This document shows positions 61,200 through 64,000 of a stretch of DNA of 64,000 bases, piece by piece. The translations under genes and the position numbers were made by a program. Source of the stretch: Mytilus edulis (Eukaryota); NCBI RefSeq assembly GCF_963676685.1, contig NC_092346.1:86552001-86616000 (forward strand), read 5' to 3'. A model generated the notes under the pieces. That model did not search any database. It was given only the letters and a program-made list of their open reading frames with translations, and was not told where the DNA came from. Positions within the stretch are counted from its first letter, which is position 1. Each line of letters opens with the position of its first letter.

Positions 61200-62430
61200 C
61201 GTAGCTGATAGAGACAATCTACTCAGCAACAAGAATGCTGAAAGCACCAAAGCAGTCACGACTTTTTATGATTATTGCATGACAGCGATGAGCTACTAGA
61301 CAACAGTGGCCATTGACCTGCTACCCTATATAAATTTTGATGAACTGCGTGCAAAGGTCTATCCATCACTGCGGAACAAAAATGGAGAAAAATATGCGGT
61401 TCAAAGCTTGAGGTCAATACGGGCCGGCATTTAAAGGTAGGTACATTCGAGTTGCATCTTCCATAGTCTGAATACAGTTTGACAAAATTATAATCTTAGA
61501 AGACGTGTAAAATGTGTTTGAAGTGTTTTAGGTATGTTTATAATTTTAAATATTCGTGCATTTTGAACCAGATCTAGAATCAATTTGTTTACGTGTTCCG
61601 AACTTAGACATAAGGCAGAGACCATTTGATTTTCTGTAAGCCTGGGTTGGTTTTTTTTTTGCAGCTCAAATTGAATAACTTGTTTAATTTATGTACATTT
61701 TTAATATTCAGTCTATGAACATGATAAATGTACAAAACATAGCAATTTTAATTTGTATTCATATGTGCAGTTAATTTTTCGGACACGCCACTGTACCGCC
61801 ACGTAGATGGGAGATCAAAATTATCAGCGGCGAAATACCCGTAGTAAGGCTAGTATGTTCGAGACTGTTTGTGTAGACCTGAACAAAAAGTGGTCTTGAT
61901 GATGTAACCCACAAACCTGTGATAAACAATGAAGAATTGGAAAAGATATGTCACTATTTCAAAACTTAGAAAACAGATCAAGTATTCCTAATGCGAATGG
62001 TTTGGTTTGATCTCATGATTTTTTGCTGGCGTAGAAGAAAAGGAAGGGATGAGAGAACTTTCAAAAACTTCATTATTGATTGTTGATTTAGTCGGATTAG
62101 GTCAGCGACTTGTGTCTAGTTAGATTTTATACTTTTATTTTTGGAAATTTAACCCTACCTGTGATGTACTTTTTCGGCGTCCGCCAACGAATTACAAAAT
62201 AGAGGATGAGACATGTTGGTAACAAACCATTGGGAAAAAATACTGTAGGTGTATTAATAGTGAAACTCTCTAAGTGCGGGATTATCAAAAGTATGCACAA
62301 ACCACTCAATCAGATCTACATCTATCACAACTCTGAGTGAGAGTGGTTTCGAGGACAAAAAATCAAAACTGTATCATAACACAAGCTACTTCAAAGTATT
62401 AGAAGCTACTCCAGGGACTCTTCACTCCTT
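61200..62430 (+). pseudogene. Decayed Crypton-like tyrosine recombinase (DUF3504/ZMYM-related)
   Basis: Broken frames give NGEKYAVQSLRSIRAGI, THKPVINNEELEKI, VWFDLM, KPLGKNTVG and TNHSIRSTSITTLSESGF...SIRSYSR (HxxR...Y). Confidence 0.72.
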
Positions 62431-62877
62431 TAAAAGAAAAGGATGTCCAAAAGCTCTTGCGTTGTTATTATATAATACTAAGGCATAGATACATGTACCG
62501 TCTACAGATCTAGAACAATGCAATAAGCACTGTCAATAAAATTTCTCCATTAGAGCAACGACAACCGTTGCAGTACCAAAAACTATTCAAGACATAAAGT
62601 GTCTTGTACATGTTTGCAACTTGATGACATTGTTTTCTTAATGACAGTTTCTTCAATGAATCCACAGAATTGGTTAACGTACTGAACGAAATAAGTGCAT
62701 CACAAAACAATGTTCAAAACAATTACTCAAGAAAACAGTCGATGTGCAACACAAATGACCAAAAGGTATCGGGTGGAGTGTTCAATTTCTATGTTTCTAA
62801 AGACTACATTTATACATGACTTTGTATAACTATGTGGATTTTTTTCCAGTTAAACATTTTCCTGTTTTCATTTTTAT

Positions 62878-63031
62878 ATACACCTTATCGCTAATCCCGG
62901 CTGACCCGGCCGCTTGAACTTTTTGACGCATACAACAATCACTTTTTCATTGTTGCGTCAGATATTTTGTATTATGACGTCGGAACCTGTGTGATATCCA
63001 GTAATGGCGGACAAATAGCGATAAGGTGTAT
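62878..63031. mobile_element. 154-bp element with 16-bp inverted ends
   Basis: ATACACCTTATCGCTA (62878-62893) and TAGCGATAAGGTGTAT (63016-63031). Confidence 0.6.
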
Positions 63032-64000
63032 TGCAGTTGTTTATCAGATTTCTTTGTTAATTATAAAATTATAGAAAACTTCATTTTGTATTCAAATACT
63101 GGCAAATTGCATTAAATGAATGGCAGGGACTTAACAGTTATGAATATGACTGGTCTTCATTCTTTCCTATTGCAATCGTACACTAACTCGAGTTTAATTT
63201 GAACAATTTGAAATTTTTGAATTTGTTTAAAACCATGGTTCCTCAATGAAATACACATAATTATGATAATAGCTAATGAAAAACTGGTCAGTCATTATCG
63301 CTGTCTCAGTCAATACCCCTAACTGTCCTGTAGGCAGTCCATATATCACGATAATGACCAGTTTTTAGTGGAAGAAGACTTCAAGTCTTCTGAAGGCTAA
63401 TGGTGCCGACTTTAAAATCATTAATCCTCCGTATGCCGCATTCGTTTCTGTGTATTACCATTTCATAACAACTTCTGATTCCAGACACCGATTTTAACGC
63501 ATGATTATGCATCTGAATCATTTAATTTGTTAATTAGGATTGAAAAACAATCACTATCGTAAATGTGTATCCTTTTAGTTATGTTAATCATTAGATTTCA
63601 TCTCTTCTACATGAACGTTATTTGTTTATTTGTAACCGGATGTTTTTACTGTAGATATTTGTAGTACGCATGCGTGAATTTGGTATCGGGACAACTCGCC
63701 CTGTTTACATGTTCGCCCTTGAAGTTACGAATTTGCAATCTTGTAGACAAGAAGATTTTGTTTTTGATAAATAAAAGGGATCTATTTCTTATTAAATTGT
63801 TGTCTTTATTCATTGTTTTCCTTTGTCATGTGAATTAGATGCCCTTTTACTTCAAATGGTTTGAATCTATTTATAAAATTATTCAAGACTCAGTTGACAA
63901 GAGCACTACGTTGCTGTTGGGAGAATTTTTATTAAACTCTAAATGCTTATAGAATATGAAATATAATCTAAGCTGAATGTACCCCCTTCTGAATAATTTA

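Overview
This is an AT-rich, intron-containing eukaryotic window. The repeat repertoire suggests a bivalve mollusc, probably a Mytilus-type mussel (inference). The left half holds two spliced host genes on the minus strand. One is a probably secreted HExxH zinc metallopeptidase with an anthrax-lethal-factor-like HEVAH...Y...EYFAE signature followed by four ShK domains (about 986-15644). The other is an intact 6-exon AADAC/NCEH1-like carboxylesterase (26584-32326). Their introns and flanks contain a decayed Penelope-like retroelement, Kolobok-type MITEs, a Helentron/DINE-like element, a solo LTR, a foldback element built on 21/105-bp periodicity and two high-copy short interspersed repeat families. 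The right half is a nested 21-kb transposon complex. An outer TIR-bounded unit (37444-58821) contains two ISL2EU-type (PIF/Harbinger-related) two-gene units, each with a THAP-DDE transposase convergent with a YqaJ/lambda-exonuclease gene, and they abut at a single AT. The nuclease gene of the first unit (SAP-like/SWIM/YqaJ/PHD) is split by an intact BEL/Pao LTR retrotransposon with apparently identical 533-bp LTRs. The most unusual signal is a 105-nt, Y-RNA/YrlA-like, circularly permuted tRNA-mimic fold followed by a T-run, lying in the intron of the first transposase. A decayed Crypton-like tyrosine recombinase lies near the window end. All alignments, splice models and folds were made by eye.
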